Of a stretch of 64,000 nucleotides of DNA, positions 55,450 through 63,398 are shown piece by piece. This DNA comes from Vicinamibacterales bacterium (lineage in GTDB: Bacteria; Acidobacteriota; Vicinamibacteria; Vicinamibacterales; UBA8438). Every line of letters starts with the position of its first letter. Position 1 is the stretch's first letter. The stretch covers positions 4,030,300 through 4,094,299 of the forward strand of contig OY760136.1 of NCBI GenBank assembly GCA_963663195.1, read 5' to 3'. The position numbers and the translations under genes are program-made. The notes under the pieces are model-generated. The model was not told the DNA's origin. It saw only the letters and a program-made list of their open reading frames with translations, and did no database searches.

Positions 55450-55845
55450 ATGAATTCCGCAGCCCGCTACATCTCCCTGGCCGTCCTGCTGCTGACGACC
55501 GGGCTGCTCGTCTGGTTCGTCGCGGGCGAGCGCGGCTCCGGCGCGTCAACGGACGCGGTGCCGGACTACACTGTGGCGTCCCGGGCGAACGTGCCCGACC
55601 TGGGCGTGGTGGGCGAAGTGCTGATCCCGGGCGCAACCCGGGGTGAACCGAACCGCGAGGAGCTGTTCCGCACCATCGCGGGCGCGGAGGGATTGACGGT
55701 CGCGTTCTACTTTTCCACGGCCGCGGCCATGGAGGCGCATCGCGCGGCGGCGCGCGACGCCGCTGCGCTGGAGGCGCTGCGGGCCGGGTTTCTGGGCCGC
55801 CTGACGCGCGGCGAGTTCACGCCCGGTGAGGAGATCTATCCGTAG
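55450..55845 (+). CDS. Hypothetical membrane-anchored protein (131 aa)
   Basis: ATG 55450 gives MNSAARYISLAVLLLTTGLLVWFVAG, a single N-terminal TM segment. No domain recognised. Confidence 0.55.
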   Translation: MNSAARYISLAVLLLTTGLLVWFVAGERGSGASTDAVPDYTVASRANVPDLGVVGEVLIPGATRGEPNREELFRTIAGAEGLTVAFYFSTAAAMEAHRAAARDAAALEALRAGFLGRLTRGEFTPGEEIYP

Positions 55846-55892
55846 TAGCGACGTTTCTCGTGATACAAGTCAGGCGATTTCAGGAGGCATTG

Positions 55893-56834
55893 ATGAATTC
55901 GAGAGTGATTGTTGCATCATTCGCGCTGGTGGGCCTCGTGCTGCTGCTACCCGCAACGTCCCTGAGTCAGACGCCCCGCACCGCCTGGGGAGACCCCAAC
56001 CTGCAGGGAACCTGGACGAACACCACCACGACGCCGCTCGAGCGGCCTGACGACCTCGCGGACAGGGAGGTGCTGACGGACGAGGAGTGGGCGGCGCGCA
56101 ATGCCGTCTCGGGCCTGAGCGACGACCGCCCCTTCGACACCGTCGGCTTCTACAACGACTACTGGCTGGAGCAGGGGCAGCTTCACGAGCGGACGTCGCT
56201 GATCGTCGATCCGCCGAGCGGCAAGCTGCCGCCGCGCACGCCGGAGGGTGAACAGCGTGTCGCCGCCCGGCGCCAGTACCGCGCCGAGAACCCGCCCGGC
56301 AATCCCGGCGTCTGGACCGATCTCAACGTCTATGACCGCTGCCTGACGCGGGCCATGCCGGGCACCATGATGCCGGGCTTCTACAACCACAACTACCACA
56401 TCCTGCAGACGCCCGACCACGTGGCGATCGTCGTGGAGATGATCCACGACACGCGCATCATTCCGCTCGACGGGCGCGGGCCGCTGGACTCCTCCATCCA
56501 GCAGTGGCTGGGCAATTCGCGGGGACGCTGGGAAGGCGACACGCTGGTCGTCGAGACAACGAACCTGAACGATCACGAGGACTGGGGCGCGACGGTCTAC
56601 GCGACCGGCAGCAATCTGCGGCTGGTGGAGCGCTTCGCGCGGGTAGACGAGAACACCATCGACTACCAGTTCACCGTGCACGACGACAGCACGTTCACCC
56701 AACCCTGGACGGCGTCGCTGCCGATGACGGCCCTCGACGGCAACCTGTACGAGTACGCCTGCCACGAAGGCAACTACGCAATCGCGAACATGCTGCGCGG
56801 CGCCCGCGCCAAGGATGCCGCCGAGGCCCCGTAG
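55893..56834 (+). CDS. Family paralogue P8
   Basis: AGGAGG lies 6 nt upstream of ATG 55893 (MNSRVIVASFALVGLVLLLPATSLS). Motifs are [70 protein letters not shown] and YEYACHEGNYAI. Confidence 0.9.
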   Translation: MNSRVIVASFALVGLVLLLPATSLSQTPRTAWGDPNLQGTWTNTTTTPLERPDDLADREVLTDEEWAARNAVSGLSDDRPFDTVGFYNDYWLEQGQLHERTSLIVDPPSGKLPPRTPEGEQRVAARRQYRAENPPGNPGVWTDLNVYDRCLTRAMPGTMMPGFYNHNYHILQTPDHVAIVVEMIHDTRIIPLDGRGPLDSSIQQWLGNSRGRWEGDTLVVETTNLNDHEDWGATVYATGSNLRLVERFARVDENTIDYQFTVHDDSTFTQPWTASLPMTALDGNLYEYACHEGNYAIANMLRGARAKDAAEAP

Positions 56835-56861
56835 CTGCGCACGGCGCGGCTCGGATCATGT

Positions 56862-57398
56862 TCAGTCCACCACGTAGCTGAACAGCTTGAATTCGCCGCC
56901 CCGTTCGAGAATCGAACCGAACAGCCGCACCTGCTCCTCTGCCCCGTCCTCGCCGCGGATGAGCAAGCGGCTGTCCCGGTGCACGGTATACGTCTCGTAG
57001 GTGGTTGATTCGCCGTCGAACTCGACGGCCAGCAGGTGGTAGCGCCTCCCGGCCTCCCTGGCGATCAGCCGGCGCAGCGCGTTGTTGCTCTTCTGGTGCA
57101 GGTCGCCCCAGGCGTATTCGAACGGCAGGCCCCGCTCGGGCCGGCTGGACGGCAATTCCGGCCAGACGACGGTGCGGAACTCGGTCTCGCTCAGTGCGAG
57201 CGCCTCCAGCCGTTCGACGTCGTTGGCAGCCAGCGCGTCGAGCACGGCTGCGGCTACCGCCTCCGGCGAGTCGAACGTCCACCGGAGCGGGGACTGGTCC
57301 GCAGCCCGCGGCGGAGAGCCGCAGGCGCCCCCTAAGACCAGGCACGCGACGGCGGCCGCTATGGCGACCGCCCGCCGCGCAATCCGTGATCCAGCCAT
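56862..57398 (-). CDS. Hypothetical lipoprotein (178 aa)
   Basis: ATG 57398 overlaps the upstream stop (ATGA). The N-terminus MAGSRIARRAVAIAAAVACLVLGGAC contains a lipobox. No domain recognised. Confidence 0.65.
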   Translation of the reverse strand: MAGSRIARRAVAIAAAVACLVLGGACGSPPRAADQSPLRWTFDSPEAVAAAVLDALAANDVERLEALALSETEFRTVVWPELPSSRPERGLPFEYAWGDLHQKSNNALRRLIAREAGRRYHLLAVEFDGESTTYETYTVHRDSRLLIRGEDGAEEQVRLFGSILERGGEFKLFSYVVD

Positions 57399-58801
57399 CA
57401 GTTCACGGCAAAGTCGGTCCAACCCGTCCACCAGGTATCGTGCCCGGAGCCGGCCGGCCCGACCGCGCCGATGAAGGTAGCGGAGGTATCAAAGAAGCCG
57501 TCGTCCGGCGGCGTCGCCGCCGTTACCGCGCCGGAAATGGCGGGCGACCCGGCGGCCGGGCTTATGTTCGGATTCCCGAGGTTGAACGGATCGACCAGCA
57601 GCGGGTCCATCGACGTCGTCACGTTGGTCCGGCCGGGGATCCAGTCCTTCAGGACGATGCCGTTCGCGTCGTCATCGCTGTCCGGGCGGAACTCGCCGTC
57701 GCAGCCGCTCACGACGCAGTTGCCGTAAACGATGCCACTCTCGATGGTCAGCGGCGTGTCGGTGCTCGAGTCCGTGATCTGCCGGTACGTCTCGCCGTGG
57801 TCGATGTCGATGGACGCCTCCTTGAAGCCGTGCACGATGAAGTTGCGCAGCGTCACGGAGGTGCCTTCGCGCAGCAGGATGCCGGTATCGCTCTCGCTGC
57901 CCGCGTCGGTGTCGGGGTCGCCGAGCAGCGTGAGGTTGTAGAGCGTCGGGTTCGAGCGCGGCGTCAGCGTGCGGTTGTCGCCGTTGTTGTCCGCCTCGAT
58001 GCCCTGGTCGGCGTCGTCGCCGCTCTGCAGCGCAATCATGAACTGCCCCTTGCCCTGCCAGCCGTCCGTCCAGTCGAAGCTGTCGTCGGCAATCCCGTAG
58101 CAGATGACGTGCTTCACCTCGACTGTCCCGCCGAAGAACTCCATCCCGTCGTCCTTGTTGAACGAGACCTGGACGTACTCCACCTCGGTTTCGCGGCCCA
58201 CGCCCTGGAACGCGATGCCGTTCAGCTCGTTGTCGGGACTGAACTCGGTGCCGGCGAACTCGACCCGCGTATAGCGCAGGTGGCCGCTGTCGTCGTCCGG
58301 ATCGCTGCCGCCGTATACGCCCGTATCGCCTTCACCCACGGACGTCCCGCCCGGCACGTTGAGCGGCGCGTAGCCGTTGATGATCAGGCCGCCCCAGTCG
58401 GCGCGGGCCCGCTCGCCAACCGGCTGGTCGCTGCTGAACACCACCGGCGCCGCCGCCGTGCCGTTCGAGTGAATCTGGGCGCCCTGGGTAATGATCAGGG
58501 TGCCGTTGGTGGCGAACTCGCCGAACACTTCCGTGCCCGCATCAAGCGTCAGCGTGGCGCCCGATTCGACAAAAACCGCACCCCGCAACACGTAGTAGCT
58601 GTCGGAGTCGAACGTCATGTCGCTGGTGATGCGACCGCTGACCACGCAGATTTCCTTGTCGAATCCGTCTCTGGTGCGGCAGCTGACCGGCGACTGCGAC
58701 GAAACCGCGCCGCCAGTCCACACGATGGCCCCCACGGCGAGCACGACGGGCACGGCGGCGCGCTGCGCCGACCGGTATAGCGTCATCTTCCAGTTCTTCA
58801 C
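57398..58801 (-). CDS. Exported repeat protein, probably right-handed beta-helix-like; TonB-receptor-associated
   Basis: GTG 58801 follows AAGGAAAGGA. After a signal peptide there are repeated short motifs (WGGLIINGYA, DNELNGIAFQGVG, DDGMEFFGGT, DDSFDWTDGW, DQGIEADNN). The protein ends ..WWTGWTDFAVN. The fold call is an inference. Confidence 0.65.
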   Translation of the reverse strand: MKNWKMTLYRSAQRAAVPVVLAVGAIVWTGGAVSSQSPVSCRTRDGFDKEICVVSGRITSDMTFDSDSYYVLRGAVFVESGATLTLDAGTEVFGEFATNGTLIITQGAQIHSNGTAAAPVVFSSDQPVGERARADWGGLIINGYAPLNVPGGTSVGEGDTGVYGGSDPDDDSGHLRYTRVEFAGTEFSPDNELNGIAFQGVGRETEVEYVQVSFNKDDGMEFFGGTVEVKHVICYGIADDSFDWTDGWQGKGQFMIALQSGDDADQGIEADNNGDNRTLTPRSNPTLYNLTLLGDPDTDAGSESDTGILLREGTSVTLRNFIVHGFKEASIDIDHGETYRQITDSSTDTPLTIESGIVYGNCVVSGCDGEFRPDSDDDANGIVLKDWIPGRTNVTTSMDPLLVDPFNLGNPNISPAAGSPAISGAVTAATPPDDGFFDTSATFIGAVGPAGSGHDTWWTGWTDFAVN

Positions 58802-58828
58802 GAATGCCTGTCCTTTCCTTGCTTACTT

Positions 58829-58950
58829 GGGGCTGCGCCCCAAACCCCCGCCGGCCACTCGCGGGGGCCCCTGCGCCCCACTCCGTGGCCGGCGGGCCGC
58901 GCTGTGCGCGGCCTGGGGACGGACGCCTCCATGTCGCCGTCCCCTCGCTG
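58829..58950. repeat. Stand-alone copy (D) of the structured central repeat module
   Basis: GGGGCTGCGCCCCAAACCCCCGCCGGCCAC..GTGGCCGGCGGGCCGCGCTGTGCGCGGCC.. aligns with the central module of copies A and C. It lies between the receptor stop (58982) and the next gene start (58801) and has no CCCGCATTTCTCACC ends. Confidence 0.75.
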
Positions 58951-58981
58951 ATTCAAACGTTGTTGCTTTTTCACATTGCGC

Positions 58982-61738
58982 CTATGGGTGCAGGTCGACC
59001 CCGAACGAAATCGCACGGCCGAGATGGAATACCCGCTGCTCCTGTCCGGACTGCGTGAACAGGAACGGGTCATCCAGCAGGTTCTCGAAGGCCACCTTGA
59101 TGCTGAACACATCCCAGCGGTGCGACAGAACAAGGTCCACGGAGTTGCGGCCCTCTTCGATGATGTCCGGCAGGCCGAGCGAACCGACATCGACGATGCG
59201 GTCGTCGAAGAAGTTCCACAGCAGCCGCGCCGCGAAGTCGCTCCGCCGGAACTCGGCCATCGCGTTGAACAGGTTCGCGGAGGTGCCGGCCAGCGGCCGC
59301 ACCAGCGAAGTCTGCACCTGGCCGGCCGCGCGGCCGATGGTCACCTCGGAGTTGACGTAGGTGTAGTTCGCGCCCACCAGGAAGTTCTCGTGCAGCAGCT
59401 TGCGGCCCTCCACCTCGAAGCCGAGGTTGTTGGCCGACTCGGCGTTGGCGAACGACGTCCGCAACTGCGCGGTCGGCTGAACGACCCGCTCAATCGGCGT
59501 GTCGAAGTACTTGTAGAAGAGGCTGGCTGAAACGACTTCCTCGGCGCCCGGAAACCACTCCCAGCGCACGTCCACGTTCTGGATGAGCGACTGGTCGAGC
59601 AGCGGGTTGCCGACGACCGCCCGGCCGCCGACGACGTCCGTGAACTCGAACGGCGCCACTTCCCGGAACTCCGGACGGTTTACGGTCTGGCTGTAGCTGA
59701 CGCGGATGTTCTGGTCGAAGCGCAAGGCGTAAACCAGGTTGGCCGCCGGGAACACGTTGGTGCTGTCCAGATCCGAGGAAATCACTGCGGAGCTGCCGCC
59801 GAGATCGCGGGCGAACGGATCGAACGTGTCGACCGTCTGGCGGTACGACTCGACCCGGGCGCCGCCGATGACGCGCCACTGCGCGGACAGCGGCAGGTCG
59901 ACCATGCCGTAGAACGATGCGATTTCCTGGCGCCCGTCGTACGAGTCGGTCGGCCGCGTCTCTTCCTTCAACTGCCACACCGGACCGATGTTGGCGGGCG
60001 TGAACAGATCCTCCGCCGGCAGCGACAGGTCGATGCCGGACAACCTGCGCGGCGTGAACCGCAGCCGCCGCGAGTCGAATACGCGGTCGCGCTCCAGGTA
60101 GCCGCCGCCGAACTTCACCTGCGTCGCGAGTCCATCCCACTGCTGGAACAACGAGCTCCAGTTCACGATGAGCTCGATGCTGTCGTCGCGCTGGTTGTTG
60201 AACTGGCGCAGGCCGCTCTGCGACTCGTCCGCGAGCACGAATGCCTCGCGGGCCGGGTCGAATTCGTACAGCGTCTCGCGCAGGTCCGGCTCCTCGCGGT
60301 CGGCCGCCGAGATGGCGACCTTCCAATCGACGCGGCTGTTCGCCGCGCCCGGGAACAGGTGATCGCCGCCCACATGGTGCGCCCGGATCTGTTCCTCTAT
60401 GAAGTAGAGCCGCTGGTTGTAGAGGTCGGTATCGGCGTCGCTGTTGAAGCCCTCGAACGTGCGGGCCTGGTCGGTGCCCAGGTGCGTGTAGAAGTTCTCG
60501 AACGACAAGCGGTGGTTCGGCGTGAACTGATAGGACATGTTTGCCACGCCGCCCAGGGTCCGCTCGTAGCTCGAGATGTCGAAATCGTACGGACCGTTGA
60601 AGCGGTTGATCGCGCCGCCCTCACCGACGTTGTAGAACGTCTGGCGCTCGTCGGCGAACGAGGATGACTGGGACTGTCGGAGAGTGGTCACGATACCGAG
60701 GTTGCCGAAGCGCCCGCCGAACAAACCGCTGTAGCTCTGGTCCATCGGGTGGTCCTTGGCGGTCGGGTCCCAAACGTTGTCGAACGCGCGCCCGAATTCC
60801 TGGAGCTCGCTCGACAGGAAGCCGAGCTCGTCGTTCGTGAACCGTCCGCCGCGGATGATCTTGCGGTCCGGGATGCCGCCCGGCAGCGCCCGCGCGCCGT
60901 CGTCGAATCCGAGCCACTCGCGTCCGCCAGACGGATACGACAGCCCGCGCGTCCCGGTGGTCACGCTGTTCCAACCGCCGCCGGCGCCCAATTCCCAGGA
61001 AGTTTCGACCGGCATCTTCAGCGGGATGATCTCGACGAGACCACCGGCGAACTGCGACGGCTTGTCCGGCGTATAGGTCTTGCTCACCTGCACGCTGTCG
61101 ATGAGCGCGGTCGGGAATAGATCGAGCGGCACCACGCGCCGATCCGGCTCGGTCGTCGGCAGCATTGCGCCGTTGAGCGTCGTGTTGCTGTAACGCTCGC
61201 CGAGGCCGCGCACGAAGACCGAGCCGCTGCCGACGACCGACACGCCGGTGACACGCTCCATGGCGTCCGCGGCGTTCGAGTCGTCGTTCGCGCTCATCTC
61301 GATCGAGCCGATGTTGTCCTGCACGGCCGGGGCCCGCATCCGCAGCATCAGCTGCGCGGCAGCGGTCGATGACTCGGCTTCGAGGCTGGGGGCCGAAACG
61401 GTAACCGTTTCGGCAAAGACATTCGACGCGAGTGAAACCTGCACCCTTGTGAGCTGGTCGGCCTCGACATCGAGCGTGACCGTCTGCTCGGCGTAGCCGC
61501 CCATCACGACCTTCAGCTCGTACGATCCCGGCGGCACCTGGAAGCGGTAGTTGCCGTCCAGGTCCGTGTACTCGATCTGGCTCACCGGTCCCGTCAACTC
61601 GACCGGGACGCCGGGCAGCGTAATTGCGTTAACCTCATCCAGGATCTGGCCCGCAATGGTCCCGAGCTCCTGCCCGCGCGCCGGCGCCGCCAGAACCACC
61701 AGCGCCAGCAGGGGCCATGCCCAATTCATCCTCTGCAT
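58982..61738 (-). CDS. TonB-dependent receptor with carboxypeptidase-regulatory-like N-domain
   Basis: ATG 61738 gives MQRMNWAWPLLALVVLAAPARGQ. The sequence GTIAGQILDEVNAITLPGVPVELTG..GSYELKVVMGGY is followed by the plug motifs ..ADAMERVTGVSVV..VFVRGLGERYSNTTLNG.. The barrel is large. Confidence 0.9.
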   Translation of the reverse strand: MQRMNWAWPLLALVVLAAPARGQELGTIAGQILDEVNAITLPGVPVELTGPVSQIEYTDLDGNYRFQVPPGSYELKVVMGGYAEQTVTLDVEADQLTRVQVSLASNVFAETVTVSAPSLEAESSTAAAQLMLRMRAPAVQDNIGSIEMSANDDSNAADAMERVTGVSVVGSGSVFVRGLGERYSNTTLNGAMLPTTEPDRRVVPLDLFPTALIDSVQVSKTYTPDKPSQFAGGLVEIIPLKMPVETSWELGAGGGWNSVTTGTRGLSYPSGGREWLGFDDGARALPGGIPDRKIIRGGRFTNDELGFLSSELQEFGRAFDNVWDPTAKDHPMDQSYSGLFGGRFGNLGIVTTLRQSQSSSFADERQTFYNVGEGGAINRFNGPYDFDISSYERTLGGVANMSYQFTPNHRLSFENFYTHLGTDQARTFEGFNSDADTDLYNQRLYFIEEQIRAHHVGGDHLFPGAANSRVDWKVAISAADREEPDLRETLYEFDPAREAFVLADESQSGLRQFNNQRDDSIELIVNWSSLFQQWDGLATQVKFGGGYLERDRVFDSRRLRFTPRRLSGIDLSLPAEDLFTPANIGPVWQLKEETRPTDSYDGRQEIASFYGMVDLPLSAQWRVIGGARVESYRQTVDTFDPFARDLGGSSAVISSDLDSTNVFPAANLVYALRFDQNIRVSYSQTVNRPEFREVAPFEFTDVVGGRAVVGNPLLDQSLIQNVDVRWEWFPGAEEVVSASLFYKYFDTPIERVVQPTAQLRTSFANAESANNLGFEVEGRKLLHENFLVGANYTYVNSEVTIGRAAGQVQTSLVRPLAGTSANLFNAMAEFRRSDFAARLLWNFFDDRIVDVGSLGLPDIIEEGRNSVDLVLSHRWDVFSIKVAFENLLDDPFLFTQSGQEQRVFHLGRAISFGVDLHP

Positions 61739-61990
61739 GCTCTCGTTCCTTCCCTTCCGAACGCCCGCTACAGTACGGCGCGGAGGCGCCGCGGCCAGGC
61801 CGTCGTTAACCATTCCGAAGATAGCCAGCGTGTGTATCCGGTCCATGAATAGCCGGTTAATTTCGAATGACGGAGGGGTTAAATGCGCGTTAGTTACGTT
61901 TCGGCGGGGTAACGTGCGGCGCGTGCGGAGGCGGCGGCGGGGCGGGTTGGCGGGTGGTGTTATAGTGCATGTCTATCCCGGGGGTATGGC

Positions 61991-63064
61991 ATGCGACATG
62001 GATTACCGGCTGCTCGCGGCGTGTTGTTGACCCTGCTGATATTGCTGCTTGCGGCGCTGCCCGCGGCGGCCCAGGGCGGCGGAGCCGATGACGACGCGGC
62101 GGCGCGGACTCCCTGGGGCGACCCCGATCTGGAGGGGATCTGGAGCAGCAAGACCACGACTCCCCTCGAGCGCCCGGACGCGTACGAGGGCCGCGAGTTT
62201 CTTACGCAAGAGGAGATCGCGGATCTGGAGACGAACGCCCAGCGCGCGTCGGAGACCGGGTCCGGTGCCACCCTGCTGCCGGAACGCGCCGAGCGGGGCA
62301 CCGCGGTCGACGTGGCGGGCGCCTACAACTCGGTTTTCAGCTCGCGCGGGACAACGGTGGTGAGGACCGGGCGGACTTCGCTGGTAATTGACCCGCCGGA
62401 CGGCAAGATCCCGTATTCCGCGGAGGGGCTGGAGAAATTGGCCGCCGAGATGGAGTACCGGAAGGCGCTGATGACCGCCGATCTACAGGACCACGTGTCG
62501 ATGGCCGAAGGGCCGGAGGATCGTCCGAACGACCGCTGCCTGGGATTCACGCTGCCGTGCACCAGCATGTACTGCGCATACAGCCGGATCGTGCAGACCC
62601 CGGGCACCGTCACCATCTACTATGAGGCCGGCCACACCGGCGGCGCCTACCGCACCATACCACTGGACGGGCGGCCGCACGTGCCGCCGCATATCCGCCT
62701 GTGGTACGGCGACTCCGTCGGGCATTGGGAGGGTGACACGCTCGTGGTCGACACCACGAACTTCACCGACCGCCGCAGCGTCGAGGGAACTTCCACGCCG
62801 CCCGGTTTTCGCGGCCAGGGCGAGACGCTGCACCTGATCGAGCGTTTCACGCGCGTGGCGCCCGACATGATCCAGTACCGCGCCACGATCGAGAACCCGG
62901 CAATGTACTCGAGCCCGTGGACGATTGAGATGCCCTGGATGCAGGCCGCGGCGACCCAGGCCCAGATATTCGAGTCGGCCTGCCACGAGGGCAACTACGG
63001 CCTGACCGGCATACTCTCCGGCGCGCGGGCGATGGAACGGGACGGCCTGGCAGGTTCGAAGTAG
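61991..63064 (+). CDS. Family paralogue P9
   Basis: After a signal peptide (MRHGLPAARGVLLTLLILLLAALPAAAQ) come ARTPWGDPDLEGIWSS, TPLERP, RTSLVIDPPDGKIP, DRC, IPLDGRPHVP, GHWEGDTLVVDTTNF and FESACHEGNYGL. Confidence 0.9.
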   Translation: MRHGLPAARGVLLTLLILLLAALPAAAQGGGADDDAAARTPWGDPDLEGIWSSKTTTPLERPDAYEGREFLTQEEIADLETNAQRASETGSGATLLPERAERGTAVDVAGAYNSVFSSRGTTVVRTGRTSLVIDPPDGKIPYSAEGLEKLAAEMEYRKALMTADLQDHVSMAEGPEDRPNDRCLGFTLPCTSMYCAYSRIVQTPGTVTIYYEAGHTGGAYRTIPLDGRPHVPPHIRLWYGDSVGHWEGDTLVVDTTNFTDRRSVEGTSTPPGFRGQGETLHLIERFTRVAPDMIQYRATIENPAMYSSPWTIEMPWMQAAATQAQIFESACHEGNYGLTGILSGARAMERDGLAGSK

Positions 63065-63084
63065 GCACGGAAGACGGACGCGCC

Positions 63085-63378
63085 ATGCTGGCACTCGCCC
63101 GCCTCTGCCTCGCGCCGCTTGCAATCGTCGCCCTCAGCTGCCCGGGAGGCGTCGTCGAGCCGCAGGTCAGCGAGCAGCAGGCGGTGGACGTCGCGCGCCG
63201 GCAGGTGCTGTTCGAGCCGGAGGCCGTCGACGCGGAGATGGCGGCCGACGCGCAGCCGCCTGTCTGGCGGGTCACGCTGCGCGGCCGGCTGCCGGGACAA
63301 TCGGTATTCGACTTCGAGGAAGCCACGGTTACGGTCGACGCCGTCACCGGCGACGTCCTCGGCGTCGACCAGCGTTGA
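63085..63378 (+). CDS. Small lipoprotein, PepSY-like
   Basis: MLALARLCLAPLAIVALSC contains a lipobox. The sequence ..SEQQAVDVARRQV..WRVTLRG..TVTVDAVTGDVLGV resembles the PepSY pattern. Weak call. Confidence 0.55.
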   Translation: MLALARLCLAPLAIVALSCPGGVVEPQVSEQQAVDVARRQVLFEPEAVDAEMAADAQPPVWRVTLRGRLPGQSVFDFEEATVTVDAVTGDVLGVDQR

Positions 63379-63398
63379 CAGATTCGAGGAGACACTCC

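Noticed and set aside
12381-58850. Possibility that the recurring GGGGCTGCGCCCC units form a CRISPR array
   Set aside because: The copies are kilobases apart, lie in both orientations and sit in separate intergenic regions. There are no regularly spaced repeat-spacer units and no cas genes.
61739-61990. Riboswitch (for example cobalamin or TPP) in the 5' leader of the TonB-dependent receptor gene; the 19559-19718 leader was also checked
   Set aside because: I could not find a B12-box-like or CUGAGA/TPP-like core motif by eye. I report only generic inverted repeats, and a covariance-model scan would be needed to be sure.
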